IMG/VR virus record: IMGVR_UViG_3300042402_001861
Coordinates: 1 to 64,000 of that record
Reading direction: 5' to 3' (one strand)
DNA length: 64,000 nucleotides
From: a virus
Position 1 is the first letter of the stretch; each line of letters begins with the position of its first letter. The notes under the pieces are model-generated. The model searched no databases. It saw only the letters and a program-made list of their open reading frames with translations, and was not told the origin of the DNA. Below, piece by piece: positions 47,401 to 56,413 of the stretch. A program made the translations under genes and the position numbers.

Positions 47401-49346
47401 GGATGGATGACATTAACTCTCCTGTTGTCCGCATCAACACCGAAGGAGAGAATGATTCGTGGGCATACGGAATTGCATCTGGCACGGGCCCGGGAGAGGC
47501 GAAGGGCTTTGGAAGCCAATGGAACGATTGGGAATCCAACTGGTCGGGAATCGAAAGAAATGATTATGTCGCTCCTGACATAACCGTTGCCAATCGCAGC
47601 ATCTTCGTGACTTCCTCGGGAAGCAGGCTCTCTGCTCCTGCTTCAAGAAGTTCTATCCTTCCCGACTCAATCGTGGATACGGTTGGCAGCCTACAAGTTC
47701 GCAAGGACATTCAGCCATACGCAAGAAGCATTGCCGTCACCTTGAATGCCAAGAATCTCCGTCCCAACACATACATGAACTTGTTCATGGATGGAGTTTC
47801 CCTAAGCACGGGAGCAACTTCGGATGCCTCGGGTTCGCTGTCCCTGACATTCACTATTCCTGCTGCAAGTTACGCAACGGGCAAGCGGCAGATTCGCCTT
47901 ACCGACAGCGCAACAAACACCCTGTCCGAGACAACGACTGCCGCAGACTACATCCTGCCAATCGAAGGGACATGGGGAACATTCAAGGATGGCGTAGTTT
48001 CAACAAGAAGCGTACAGACTCGTCGCGAAACCGTTCGTTCTGAAAGAATCGTCACGAATGTATTCGGCAAGAACCTACAGCGTTCGGAATCAACCAAGTT
48101 GCTTGGCTATACCGATCCCCTGTCGCAGAGTTTCTATGTCGATCCGACCATCTACCCTTCGGGAATCTTCCTGAAGAAGGTAACCCTGTACTTCAAGTCC
48201 AAGGATTCCAACAACAATTCACCGATCACGCTTACCTTGCGTCCGGTCATCAACGGGTATCCTCATCCTTCGAAGTTCGTGCCGCTGTCGGATGTCACGA
48301 TCCTCTCGTCGGCAATCACGACTTCCACGATTGCTGCCACGGGAACGGATTTTGAATTCACAAGCCCGATCTATCTGCCGCCGGGAGAACACGCCTTCTC
48401 GCTGACAACTCCAAGCAACAACTTTGAAATCTATAGTTCGGAGATCGGGCAGTCGGTGATCAAGCAGACCACCACGGAAGCCACAAGACGGGCAACCAAG
48501 CAGCCCTATGCAAGGAGCCTGTTCAAGAACCAGACTTCCACGGGATTGCAGAAGAGCGAGGTTCAGGATGTCAAGTTCCTGCTGCACCTTTGCAGTTTCA
48601 AGAACACGCAGCCGACGAGAACCGTCACCATACAGAATGCTGCCTCCACATATTACGGTGCATCATTCGACATCGATGTGATTCGCTACAACTTCCCCGT
48701 GGTGACTCCCGCAGGGACAAGCATGATTGTTAAGGAAACGGGAATCGTCGCAGATTCGCAGTCAACTATCAATCTCAATCAGAACATCATCTCGGTCAAG
48801 TCCACCCCGCCGAATGTTTCGGGAAGTTCGCAGTTCACGCAGTTGGACATCACCTTGGATTCCGATGATGAATTCGTGTCTCCTGTGTTTGACATCGACC
48901 GTGCAAGCGCATACTTTGTTGAAAACAAGATCAACAATGTTGTTCTCAACACCGCCGGGGAAACAGGTGCCACCAACCTTTCTGTGGCTGCGGCAAACAG
49001 GACGGCTTCTCGCTTCATCACCAAGCGGGTCGTACTTGAACCCGGCATGGAGGCAACCAACCTTCGTGTGGAGATGCTTGGTTCCTATCCCGCAGAGACA
49101 AATTTCAAGGTCTATGCAAGGATGTCTCCCGAGAACGGAACAGGATTGCCTTTCGATCTCCGTGAATATGTGGAAATGACAGCATCCTCTTCCTATGCCA
49201 ACACAGCCGTGGATTCGTTCCAGGAAATGGCTTACACCTTGACGAATCAGACTCCGTTCCGTGTGTTTGCCGTCAAGATCGTCATGACTTCATCGGACGG
49301 CAGAATCGTCCCAAGATTCAAGAATTTGAGAATCACCGCAGCATGA
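44445..49346 (+). CDS. Large virion structural protein (DUF4815/VrlC-like)
   Basis: PYYDDY....KF.RV.FKPG.ALQARE.TQLQ.ILQ, APGADRFKI, RRTYDESGNY, KRYTMQDI..LE.RI. Confidence 0.85.
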   Translation: MSYDPELFNADPYYDDYSESKKFLRVMFKPGYALQAREVTQLQTILQNQIERFGNHIFENGSVVLDGQVTENILRFGRITGLSGTSTVTDLVGAVVGNTGSAQARIVHAESGLSSSTVDGYNVVFFEYLGGGTGFTAGMFVSGTAGTTPVSFSLSGNATVGAIGEATVVSVDSGVRYVDGYFVLHDAQMIGACSTTGASGSQYRVYSNPTTRIGFVSNKSFVNANEDTTLNDPAFGYYNYAAPGADRFKIDLELAQYAFNPTDVTTTSNFAREDFIEFIRIVDGETVKKELYPSYAAIEDTLARRTYDESGNYTVDPFDLTLTYRGVTGGATGNTLTAELGPGKAYIFGYEFETQGVTPITLARPRTTKSYTNQTMIGSIGPSILVSPGLTTASLTGFNLTNQSLMYLSDGASGATFNNIGTARIRSLKYESTNLYRAYLYDISLTGSYTMANATRLFVAENARQGGATSQPAFNIQWQGATGTLSNVVDTGMLFLVPKGDRVEGIDGVNYATSNFVALNLNGSGFGSYTTPSANIDLPSVGSQIVNPTAEFFVLSVSGAAVGFTGQIENANKFSLTASSAANQKVYVFFTTDIDSASVRRNKTRVTETFGLTSASLQTDPKTGKRFFYFVGTTGPYNDVVSVISITGSLSGSSQQISNLLTLDNGQRDDYYDWARLLVSDNTTVSSTAGPNTITGPYQVTVTRYTHSGDLGPFTVDSYSGEYKDIPSYTSPTTGRTYRLSDVLDFRPTKTTDGSLTGQYLVPSETAANDRKIDYTHYLPRTDKIVLNRDRSFKVLTGIPAIDPVAPADDADAMTLYSITMNGYTVDNTDVQIKRVENKRYTMQDIAELENRIDNVEYYTNLSLIEQQAKSSPFLDSDGIEMPKKGILADGFRGHSIGDVLDPMYAASVDFENGEMRPAFRNRVFRMNSSSNAVNVTGSADGIFTLDYTTTPLINQPLATTSIVVNPSGVFNYLGFVRSTPSSDFWMDDINSPVVRINTEGENDSWAYGIASGTGPGEAKGFGSQWNDWESNWSGIERNDYVAPDITVANRSIFVTSSGSRLSAPASRSSILPDSIVDTVGSLQVRKDIQPYARSIAVTLNAKNLRPNTYMNLFMDGVSLSTGATSDASGSLSLTFTIPAASYATGKRQIRLTDSATNTLSETTTAADYILPIEGTWGTFKDGVVSTRSVQTRRETVRSERIVTNVFGKNLQRSESTKLLGYTDPLSQSFYVDPTIYPSGIFLKKVTLYFKSKDSNNNSPITLTLRPVINGYPHPSKFVPLSDVTILSSAITTSTIAATGTDFEFTSPIYLPPGEHAFSLTTPSNNFEIYSSEIGQSVIKQTTTEATRRATKQPYARSLFKNQTSTGLQKSEVQDVKFLLHLCSFKNTQPTRTVTIQNAASTYYGASFDIDVIRYNFPVVTPAGTSMIVKETGIVADSQSTINLNQNIISVKSTPPNVSGSSQFTQLDITLDSDDEFVSPVFDIDRASAYFVENKINNVVLNTAGETGATNLSVAAANRTASRFITKRVVLEPGMEATNLRVEMLGSYPAETNFKVYARMSPENGTGLPFDLREYVEMTASSSYANTAVDSFQEMAYTLTNQTPFRVFAVKIVMTSSDGRIVPRFKNLRITAA

Positions 49347-49543
49347 GGCAACTTCGCGTAAAGGGTGAAACCGGCTTGGTACGGGATGTTCAGTCCCGTG
49401 CCTTGCTGTTTACGGATCCAAAGGCGGTAGATGCCTATCGGAAGAAGAAAGCACAGAACGAAGAAATAAATACGCTGAAGAAAGAGGTCGCGGAATTGAA
49501 GAACCTTGTCCAACGCCTCATTGAACGGCAGGAGAACCCATAA
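49343..49543 (+). CDS. Small coiled-coil protein
   Basis: 66 aa; LVRD..SRALL, heptad C-terminus; coupled on both sides. Confidence 0.7.
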   Translation: MRQLRVKGETGLVRDVQSRALLFTDPKAVDAYRKKKAQNEEINTLKKEVAELKNLVQRLIERQENP

Positions 49544-52521
49544 TGTCGCTTACCGGCAACATCGTAAATGTAGAAAAGATACAACTGACCGACACTTTTC
49601 AGACTTGGTTTGAGAAGACCAACGAACTGATCGATGCGGTCAACCCCATAAACATCTACGATCTTGATGCCGGAAACGGCACAAATGTCACTTATGGCTT
49701 GTCGGGAACCGAATACAACGGCGTAAAGTCCGTAAATGTCGAAGCCGGATTTGGCGTTGCCGTTGGGGCAGGAATCACGCAGGCATGGAGTGGATTGGTA
49801 TCTCTTGATCTTTCAAGTATCAGCGGCAATTCCTTCACCCTGACAGGAAACGAAGCCTTTACCTTGACAGGTGCTGCTCCAAGAGCATCCGAAGTCAATA
49901 TCGATGACTATTACACGATTCTTGATGCTTCGGATACCACACAGAGCGCACAGGGAACGACAAAGCGGGTAAAGGCAAAGCATATGCTTCCCCGCGATGT
50001 CTACATCCCAACGATGAATTTCTGGGGCGACTTGATCGTAAAGGGAAACTTCAATGCCGTAGGTGCTGCAAGCACATCGGTAGGAAACCTTTCGGTTAAC
50101 TCTCAGTATCTTTACCTTGCAACCACAGGTGCCATCACAGGTGGCGCATATGCAAGCGATGTTGCATTGAACCAAGCCGGAATCATAGTGGCAATGACAG
50201 GGGGTGCCCCAATCAAGAGCATTCTTTGGAACCACAATAGCGGAAACCCATACTGGGCCTTTGGCAGCACATACGGGGCAAATGATCCAGACTATTCTTT
50301 GGTAAATTCCAAGTTCATTGCCAGAAACTTTGTAAGTGGCGACACAAACAACAACAACACATTTGTCTTTGAAGCCGCAGGATCGACTTCCACGAGAATC
50401 TGGCTGACCGAACTTTCATCGAATCCATACTTCGGCATCGTCAAGACATCGGCTTCGAGCAATGTGAATTTCAATGTCTACAATGGTGCAGGCGTGACAT
50501 CGATTGCACACTTCATTGCTGGTGCAACATCTGTGTATCCAGGCGTTACCGCAAATGTGTTCGTGCAGAACGCAAATGTGGACATGCTTGATGGCGCACA
50601 TGCAGTCACGGGCGCAAGCGCATGGACGATTCCTGTTGGTGATGCTTTGGGTCAGATGCACCCTGATCGCCACAATGCAGGACAGATTCGCCGTAGATTC
50701 ACGCAAGTCGGTCACGGGCTGACAACGGGCGAGGCAGTCACGATTGTACCGACAGGATATGTGACCGCAGGCTCTCTCACTAGCGCAAATGCAGGAAGTG
50801 CCCTATTTGAGGCTATCGGCATCGTTGATCGGGTAATCAGCGCCAATGAAGTCTCGGTGACCATGAAGGGGTACATCGAACTTTCGGCCAATCGCCTGAA
50901 AGGAATCGGTTCTCCTGCAACGGGCCAATATTACATTCTTGATTGGGTGCAGCCGGGTGGATTGACCACAAACATGGCTGTTCCCACAAGCAAAGTATAT
51001 CAGCCCGTCTTCCTTGCTTTGACTCCCACTACAGGAATCGTCTATGGCAACGAAGGCGATACTGTCTTTGCGACTACTACGGATCAAGTTTACCTTAAGA
51101 GCCTTGTTCCAATCGGATCTGTACAGTCGTATGCAGGAAATGTTGCAGGACTGACGATGGGTCTGTCGGGTGGATCACTCTCGGTCAGCGATGTTTCTTA
51201 CAACGAGAACTGGCTCCCCTGCGATGGTCGGGCTATTTCCGCAACCGGAGCCTCGGGGTTTGTTGACCTGTTCCAACTGCTTGGCTACACCTACTCTGTC
51301 CGTGGAACGATGGTCAGTTCCAACGGAGAAGCAAGATTCAGAATTCGTACCGACCGCGATACTCGCAACCTTTCGACCCTATCGCTTGGTTCGGGAACTA
51401 CAAGGATCATACAGCGTTCGGGTGCAAGCGCCGGAACTCAATTGAACTTTGCATATTCTTCCTTTACGGCGGATTCAAGTACGGTCACCATCGTTGGCAC
51501 GGGTCTTACCACCGAAAGCGCACAGATTGCAAGCGGAACCCTTGTGGACATCGTTACGCCCAAGGTTGACAACATATTCTTCGTTCCCGACCTTCGTGGA
51601 CGAACTCCATTCGGTGAACTGTCTGCTCTTGGTGTTGCAAGAGGAGAGAATTTCAACCTTGGTCTTACGGGTGCCACCGGAGCAAGTGCTTCTGGTCAAG
51701 GTGGCCTGTTCACAAACTACATCATCCGTGCAAGACGGGAATCGGATGCCCTGATCCTCACAGGCCACAACCACGATTCGCGATATCTTCGCAAGGATGT
51801 CAGCGATTCTGTAACCCCCGGCATCAGCACCATTCTTGCAAACACCATCGTCAGCGGTTCTCTGAATGCTGCCTCTGGTCTAGTGGTGACAGGTGGAGCA
51901 AGAATCGCCGGAGGCATCACCTCAAGCAACAACATAAACATCCTTGGTGCCAATGGATTGTTGTTCAACGATTCCGACAACAGCAACTGGCTGCAACTCA
52001 AGGCTCCTTCCGTCGTTGCAGGAAATGTGACTTGGACATTGCCAAGCACCGATGGCACGGCAGGATTTGTGTTGCAGACAAACGCATCAGGAACCTTGTC
52101 TTGGAAGGAAACACTTGCAGGCTCGGACATGCAAGTTCAATACAACCAGAATGGGGTCATTGGCGCAACTGGTAATCTTCTGTTCCACTACAACGGAGCA
52201 GGCGGATACAGCGCAGGAACATTGGGTGTAAGCGGCGGTGCCTATGTCCTTGGCAACATGGGAATCGGGATAACGGGCCAGAACATAGGCGGCAGGATCC
52301 TGCAAGGCTCGGGAGCAAACACCGCAAGAGGCAAACTTGAGGTTGTCGGTGACATTCGAATTCCTTCGGGCGGATTCTTCGTCAACTCAAACATCACGAT
52401 TCCTTCCGGCCTGACTGCCACGATTGCCAATGGCGAAAATGCCTTGATGGCAGGCACATTGACGGTCGAATCGGGTGCAACCCTGCTCGTTCAGACCGGC
52501 GGGACAATCATAGTTCTGTGA
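49543..52521 (+). CDS. Tail fibre protein with a tail-collar domain
   Basis: LTDTFQTW.EKTN, PIGSVQSYAG...WLPCDGR...FVPDLRGR collar motifs. Confidence 0.8.
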   Translation: MSLTGNIVNVEKIQLTDTFQTWFEKTNELIDAVNPINIYDLDAGNGTNVTYGLSGTEYNGVKSVNVEAGFGVAVGAGITQAWSGLVSLDLSSISGNSFTLTGNEAFTLTGAAPRASEVNIDDYYTILDASDTTQSAQGTTKRVKAKHMLPRDVYIPTMNFWGDLIVKGNFNAVGAASTSVGNLSVNSQYLYLATTGAITGGAYASDVALNQAGIIVAMTGGAPIKSILWNHNSGNPYWAFGSTYGANDPDYSLVNSKFIARNFVSGDTNNNNTFVFEAAGSTSTRIWLTELSSNPYFGIVKTSASSNVNFNVYNGAGVTSIAHFIAGATSVYPGVTANVFVQNANVDMLDGAHAVTGASAWTIPVGDALGQMHPDRHNAGQIRRRFTQVGHGLTTGEAVTIVPTGYVTAGSLTSANAGSALFEAIGIVDRVISANEVSVTMKGYIELSANRLKGIGSPATGQYYILDWVQPGGLTTNMAVPTSKVYQPVFLALTPTTGIVYGNEGDTVFATTTDQVYLKSLVPIGSVQSYAGNVAGLTMGLSGGSLSVSDVSYNENWLPCDGRAISATGASGFVDLFQLLGYTYSVRGTMVSSNGEARFRIRTDRDTRNLSTLSLGSGTTRIIQRSGASAGTQLNFAYSSFTADSSTVTIVGTGLTTESAQIASGTLVDIVTPKVDNIFFVPDLRGRTPFGELSALGVARGENFNLGLTGATGASASGQGGLFTNYIIRARRESDALILTGHNHDSRYLRKDVSDSVTPGISTILANTIVSGSLNAASGLVVTGGARIAGGITSSNNINILGANGLLFNDSDNSNWLQLKAPSVVAGNVTWTLPSTDGTAGFVLQTNASGTLSWKETLAGSDMQVQYNQNGVIGATGNLLFHYNGAGGYSAGTLGVSGGAYVLGNMGIGITGQNIGGRILQGSGANTARGKLEVVGDIRIPSGGFFVNSNITIPSGLTATIANGENALMAGTLTVESGATLLVQTGGTIIVL

Positions 52522-52523
52522 AA

Positions 52524-52529
52524 TAAATA
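52524..52529 (+). promoter_or_regulatory. Late promoter core TAAATA
   Basis: AAATAAATAGAGG, then ATG at 52539. Confidence 0.6.
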
Positions 52530-52538
52530 GAGGATGCC

Positions 52539-53138
52539 ATGGGAAACATAAAAGCCGATTCAATTCTGCCGACAAACAATGGAAACAATCTGATCCTGCG
52601 GACAGGGGTTGGTGATGTGGAGCGAGTGCGAATCAGTCCTTCTGGTGACATTACGGTGAATGGAAGTTTCTCGACAAGCGTTACAGGCAACATCAATGTT
52701 GTTGGCAATGTCGAAGTAACTGGAAACATGAATTTCGTTGGGGGAGCAACCTTTAGTGGCAAAATCACTACTGCAAGCACCACCGATTCTGATTCATCTG
52801 TGACATTAACAACCAAAGGGTATCTTAACGGATTTGCGCCAAAAGTATTCTGCACAATAAACGCATCAGGAACAGTTGTTACTCAAAAAACAATAACTGG
52901 GGAAACTATAACTTGTTCTAAAGGTGGAGCAGGAGTTTTTAACATAACAGTTCCTTCTGGAATATTTGCAGATGCAAACTACACAGTTCTTACTACTATT
53001 TCGTCTGATGGCAGAACAGGTTTGTTTTGTCCTGTTGTTACTGCCAGAACAGCAACTACCTTGACTGTAAGATGTATAACATCAAGTGCTGGGGTAGAAG
53101 ACCCTACATTAATAAATGTTGCAATCTTTGACATATAA
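52539..53138 (+). CDS. Mini tail-fibre protein 1
   Basis: ERVRISPSG, FSGKITTASTT.SDSS..LTTKGY stem, then a variable C-terminal domain. Confidence 0.7.
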   Translation: MGNIKADSILPTNNGNNLILRTGVGDVERVRISPSGDITVNGSFSTSVTGNINVVGNVEVTGNMNFVGGATFSGKITTASTTDSDSSVTLTTKGYLNGFAPKVFCTINASGTVVTQKTITGETITCSKGGAGVFNITVPSGIFADANYTVLTTISSDGRTGLFCPVVTARTATTLTVRCITSSAGVEDPTLINVAIFDI

Positions 53139-53184
53139 TAGAGGTAACCTACTTGTGTATACAAATGAGTAAAAGAACTTCCCT

Positions 53185-53700
53185 ATGAGCAAAATAAAGA
53201 CAGACATCATCGAACCGGTCGGATCAACGATATCCATCAGCGGCAATGCCAGCATTTCAAATGGTGTGTCTGTTACCGGAAATGGATCATTCAGCGGCAA
53301 GATCACAACTGCAAGCACTACGGGTTCGGATTCATCCACGACATTGACCACCAAGGGGTATGTTGATTCGATCTTCAATCCTCAAGGCGGGGGTCTTTCT
53401 GCCAGTTACACAAAACTTGGAAATATTTACATCCAATATGGACTTGCTGCGCTGGTGGAATTGACTCTTGATACTACCAACAACCATTATGGTCGTGTTG
53501 CATTTGGTCTTACATTTGCATCAGCACCATATTCGATCCAAGTTACTCCAAGATTTAGTGCATACAATGCTCAAGGGGATATCATGGGTCAAGCGGCTTC
53601 TCCGGGAACAACAGGATTTACATTGGTAATAAATGGTGCATCAACTGGGACACTAACGAACTTAGCGGGTGCATATTGGTTTGCGGTAGGACCAGCATAA
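53185..53700 (+). CDS. Mini tail-fibre protein 2 (fibre C-terminal / H-lectin-like tip)
   Basis: Same FSGKITTASTT stem; YTKLG..YIQYG...F...F..AP...VT...YWFAVG tip. Confidence 0.7.
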   Translation: MSKIKTDIIEPVGSTISISGNASISNGVSVTGNGSFSGKITTASTTGSDSSTTLTTKGYVDSIFNPQGGGLSASYTKLGNIYIQYGLAALVELTLDTTNNHYGRVAFGLTFASAPYSIQVTPRFSAYNAQGDIMGQAASPGTTGFTLVINGASTGTLTNLAGAYWFAVGPA

Positions 53701-53797
53701 ATTTGACAACACTAGTTAAAAAACAACTATGAGTAAAATAAAGACAGACATCATCGAACCGGTCGGATCAACGATATCCATCAGCGGCAATGCCAGC
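53185..53797 (+). repeat. 69-nt direct repeat pair (53185-53253 and 53729-53797)
   Basis: Direct comparison; one mismatch. Confidence 0.9.
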
Positions 53798-53899
53798 CTA
53801 GTATCGGGCACTATTTCTGCAAACGGATATCGCCCGTTGGTACAAATATTCAGATTCGTCGGTGATGGTTATGCTAGTTCCGCCCTGCAAGATATCTAA
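53729..53899 (+). pseudogene. Truncated duplicate of the mini-fibre 2 5' end (56 aa)
   Basis: 53729-53797 matches 53185-53253 at 68 of 69 nt, then diverges and stops at TAA 53897. Confidence 0.65.
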
Positions 53900-53915
53900 A
53901 ACACACATACCCAAC

Positions 53916-54518
53916 TGGCAACAACCGTAAATCTGCACCATAGCGAAAGAAACCAATGAGTACCATCAGAGCAACCAACATCCAACCACAGAGCGACAGC
54001 GATCCTCTTGTCTTTTCCACCAATGCGACGGAGAAGTTGCGTATTCCTTCCACCGGTGCAATTAGTCTCACGGGCGGTGCTACCCTAAGTGGAGGCTTGA
54101 GTGTCACGGGAAATGTGTCCACAAGCGGCAATCTGACTTTGGGAAGTGCAACTCTTTCCACTCCTAGCGGAAATGCACCACTATATGGGGCACGGGCTTG
54201 GGGACAAATTTCTCATACCTCTACTCAATATGGTCAAAATTTTACTGCAACTGTGTCTTCTGGCGTTTATACAGTAACCTTAACAACACCGATGCAAGAC
54301 ACCAATTATGGTGTAATTGCAACCGCTATTGGTACTATACAAACCTGTGCAACAATAGTAAACATAACTAGCGCAAGCCAATTTACAATTAGAGTATTTG
54401 GCGGAACTGATAATTTGAGAACAGATAAAAGTGTTATGTTTGCTGTATTTGCGTAAAATCCATGCTTTAGACAAGCAGTAAATTTATCCATAACACCCAA
54501 TGGCAACAACCGTAAATC
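53916..54518 (+). repeat. 18-nt direct repeat TGGCAACAACCGTAAATC (53916-53933 and 54501-54518), each preceded by ACCCAA
   Basis: Direct comparison; the second copy is the start of the 54500 gene. Confidence 0.85.
53956..54456 (+). CDS. Mini tail-fibre protein 3
   Basis: EKLRIPSTG, GGLSVTGN stem; APLYGARAWG...GVYTV...M.D.NY.V tip related to that of mini-fibre 1. Confidence 0.7.
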   Translation: MSTIRATNIQPQSDSDPLVFSTNATEKLRIPSTGAISLTGGATLSGGLSVTGNVSTSGNLTLGSATLSTPSGNAPLYGARAWGQISHTSTQYGQNFTATVSSGVYTVTLTTPMQDTNYGVIATAIGTIQTCATIVNITSASQFTIRVFGGTDNLRTDKSVMFAVFA

Positions 54519-54838
54519 ACGACATGGATCAAGGAACGAACTTTGCGTTCACGATACTCGCAAAGGATGGAAACAACATTCCCATCGATCTCTCGTCGGG
54601 CTATACGGCACACGCACAGATGCGGAAATACTACAGTTCCTCGTCCTATGTGACCCTTACGGCATCAATCACAGGAACAACAGGCAACATCACGGTTTCC
54701 CTTGGTCCGACAGCAACCGCAGCCATCAAGGACGGAACATGGTTCTACGATGTCGAACTTCATTCCAACAACGGATCAACCGTACAGAGAGTCGTTCAGG
54801 GAATGATCACAGTATATCCTGAAGTAACAAAGTTGTAA
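54500..54838 (+). CDS. Small virion protein (BppU N-terminal-like Ig fold)
   Basis: MDQGT.F.....PIDLS..YTAHAQMRK...YDVEL.....RVVQG.ITV. Confidence 0.7.
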   Translation: MATTVNHDMDQGTNFAFTILAKDGNNIPIDLSSGYTAHAQMRKYYSSSSYVTLTASITGTTGNITVSLGPTATAAIKDGTWFYDVELHSNNGSTVQRVVQGMITVYPEVTKL

Positions 54839-54856
54839 CAAACACAGCCCTTTATC

Positions 54857-56413
54857 ATGGCATCCATAGCGGGACCAAGAATAATAGAAGATGGCCTGAT
54901 ACTTCATCTTGATGCGGCAAATCCAAGAAGTTACCGTGGCCCTACGGCATTCAATGCTATAAACAGCGCCGTGAATTCATTCCCGATGACTGGGAATTCT
55001 TGGGACACATTTCAAGTAAACCAGTACAACAGCAATCAATATTTCTCCATAGGTGGGGTGCAAGATATCACAAACAACATTGTGACGATGACCGGGCCGC
55101 ATCCTCTGCGTACATATGATGCAGTCCGTCCACAGACTAGCGGCGGGGGAGTCACGGCAGGGATCGATTACTTCGTCAAAAAGATAAGCGCAACAGCCTT
55201 CAGTCTTCATACTTACAGCAATGTGCAGAATGGAACATTGGGGTTTTCGGTTCTTGATCCCATATCAAACGACCAACGACAATCACTCACGGCAACAAAC
55301 TTTCCGACGATGTGGTGGGGAGCGCCACACCTTCCCAACTCCGACACAATCAAGACCATACTTCCAAGAGGATTCGATCTTGAAGGAAGAGTGCATGATT
55401 GTGTTCGCATCAACTGGTTCCGTCCCGATGGAGTCGGCTGCTATCTGACAAGAGGAGGAATGGCATATGGCGTAACCCCTGTCCTAGATGCGGGAACCAC
55501 ATATACATGGTCTTTCTATCACAAGGCAGGAAATGAAAGAAGTCTAGGTCAGACAGGGCAATTCCAGATATATTTCAGCAGCAATGCAACATCAAGATTT
55601 GCTAGTTTCGTGCCCGGAGCGCAATGGAATCGTCTTTCGTTTTCTGCCCAAACTCCAGGAATAACATCATCTACCATCCTGATGTATTGGTTCACAAGCA
55701 CGGGAATATCGATAACATCAGGACTTGCCTACGACATAGCGGAAATACAGGTAGAAAAGAGACTAGATTCTACTCCATTTCTTCCAACAACAAGAGGAAG
55801 CACGGCGGGTTCGGGAGGCGGATTCAATGATCTTACGCCAAGCAACAATCAACTTGAGGTAGTGAATGGAAGCGGGTACACGGCACAGACCGGCGGTGGA
55901 ATTGTCCTTGATGGAATTGATGACTACATCATCACCACGGAAGCAAAGGGTCTTCCTTTAGGGAACAGCAGCAGAACTATTTCGATATGGACAAAGTTTT
56001 CTACACTCAAGAACAATTTTGTGCAACTTGGTAGCGCACCAGATCAAAGGTACATATTTGAATGTGCTGACTTTTCTGGCACGGTATATCTGTTTACCGA
56101 TGGGGTAAATGGAGGAAACAATATAGTCATCAGCGGTTCGGAGATTCCTGCATTGAATGTGTGGAACAATCTTGTTTTCTCGAATAGTGGACAAAATTGG
56201 AAATACTACATCAACGGCTCGTTGGTTAAGTCGGGAACATTCCCGATAACTCTGAATACCGGAGGCAACAAGATATTGGTGGGTGAACGGGACGATATCT
56301 CATATGACAACATGAACGGAACGATTTCGATGGTGTCAATATACAACAGGGCGTTGTCTGATGGGGAAGTCAAGCAGAACTTCAATGCATCAAGAAAGAG
56401 GTTTGGAATCTGA
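54857..56413 (+). CDS. LamG-like protein, paralogue 4, with a large N-proximal insertion
   Basis: LDAANPRSY at the start and IYNRALS..EVKQNFNA..KRFGI at the end; about 270 extra aa between. Confidence 0.8.
   Translation: MASIAGPRIIEDGLILHLDAANPRSYRGPTAFNAINSAVNSFPMTGNSWDTFQVNQYNSNQYFSIGGVQDITNNIVTMTGPHPLRTYDAVRPQTSGGGVTAGIDYFVKKISATAFSLHTYSNVQNGTLGFSVLDPISNDQRQSLTATNFPTMWWGAPHLPNSDTIKTILPRGFDLEGRVHDCVRINWFRPDGVGCYLTRGGMAYGVTPVLDAGTTYTWSFYHKAGNERSLGQTGQFQIYFSSNATSRFASFVPGAQWNRLSFSAQTPGITSSTILMYWFTSTGISITSGLAYDIAEIQVEKRLDSTPFLPTTRGSTAGSGGGFNDLTPSNNQLEVVNGSGYTAQTGGGIVLDGIDDYIITTEAKGLPLGNSSRTISIWTKFSTLKNNFVQLGSAPDQRYIFECADFSGTVYLFTDGVNGGNNIVISGSEIPALNVWNNLVFSNSGQNWKYYINGSLVKSGTFPITLNTGGNKILVGERDDISYDNMNGTISMVSIYNRALSDGEVKQNFNASRKRFGI

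Noticed and set aside
53703-53731. TTGACA promoter before the truncated mini-fibre
   Set aside because: No credible -10 at 16-18 nt spacing.
53185-54518. Invertase-driven shufflon
   Set aside because: Repeats are direct, all genes are on one strand, and no recombinase is present.
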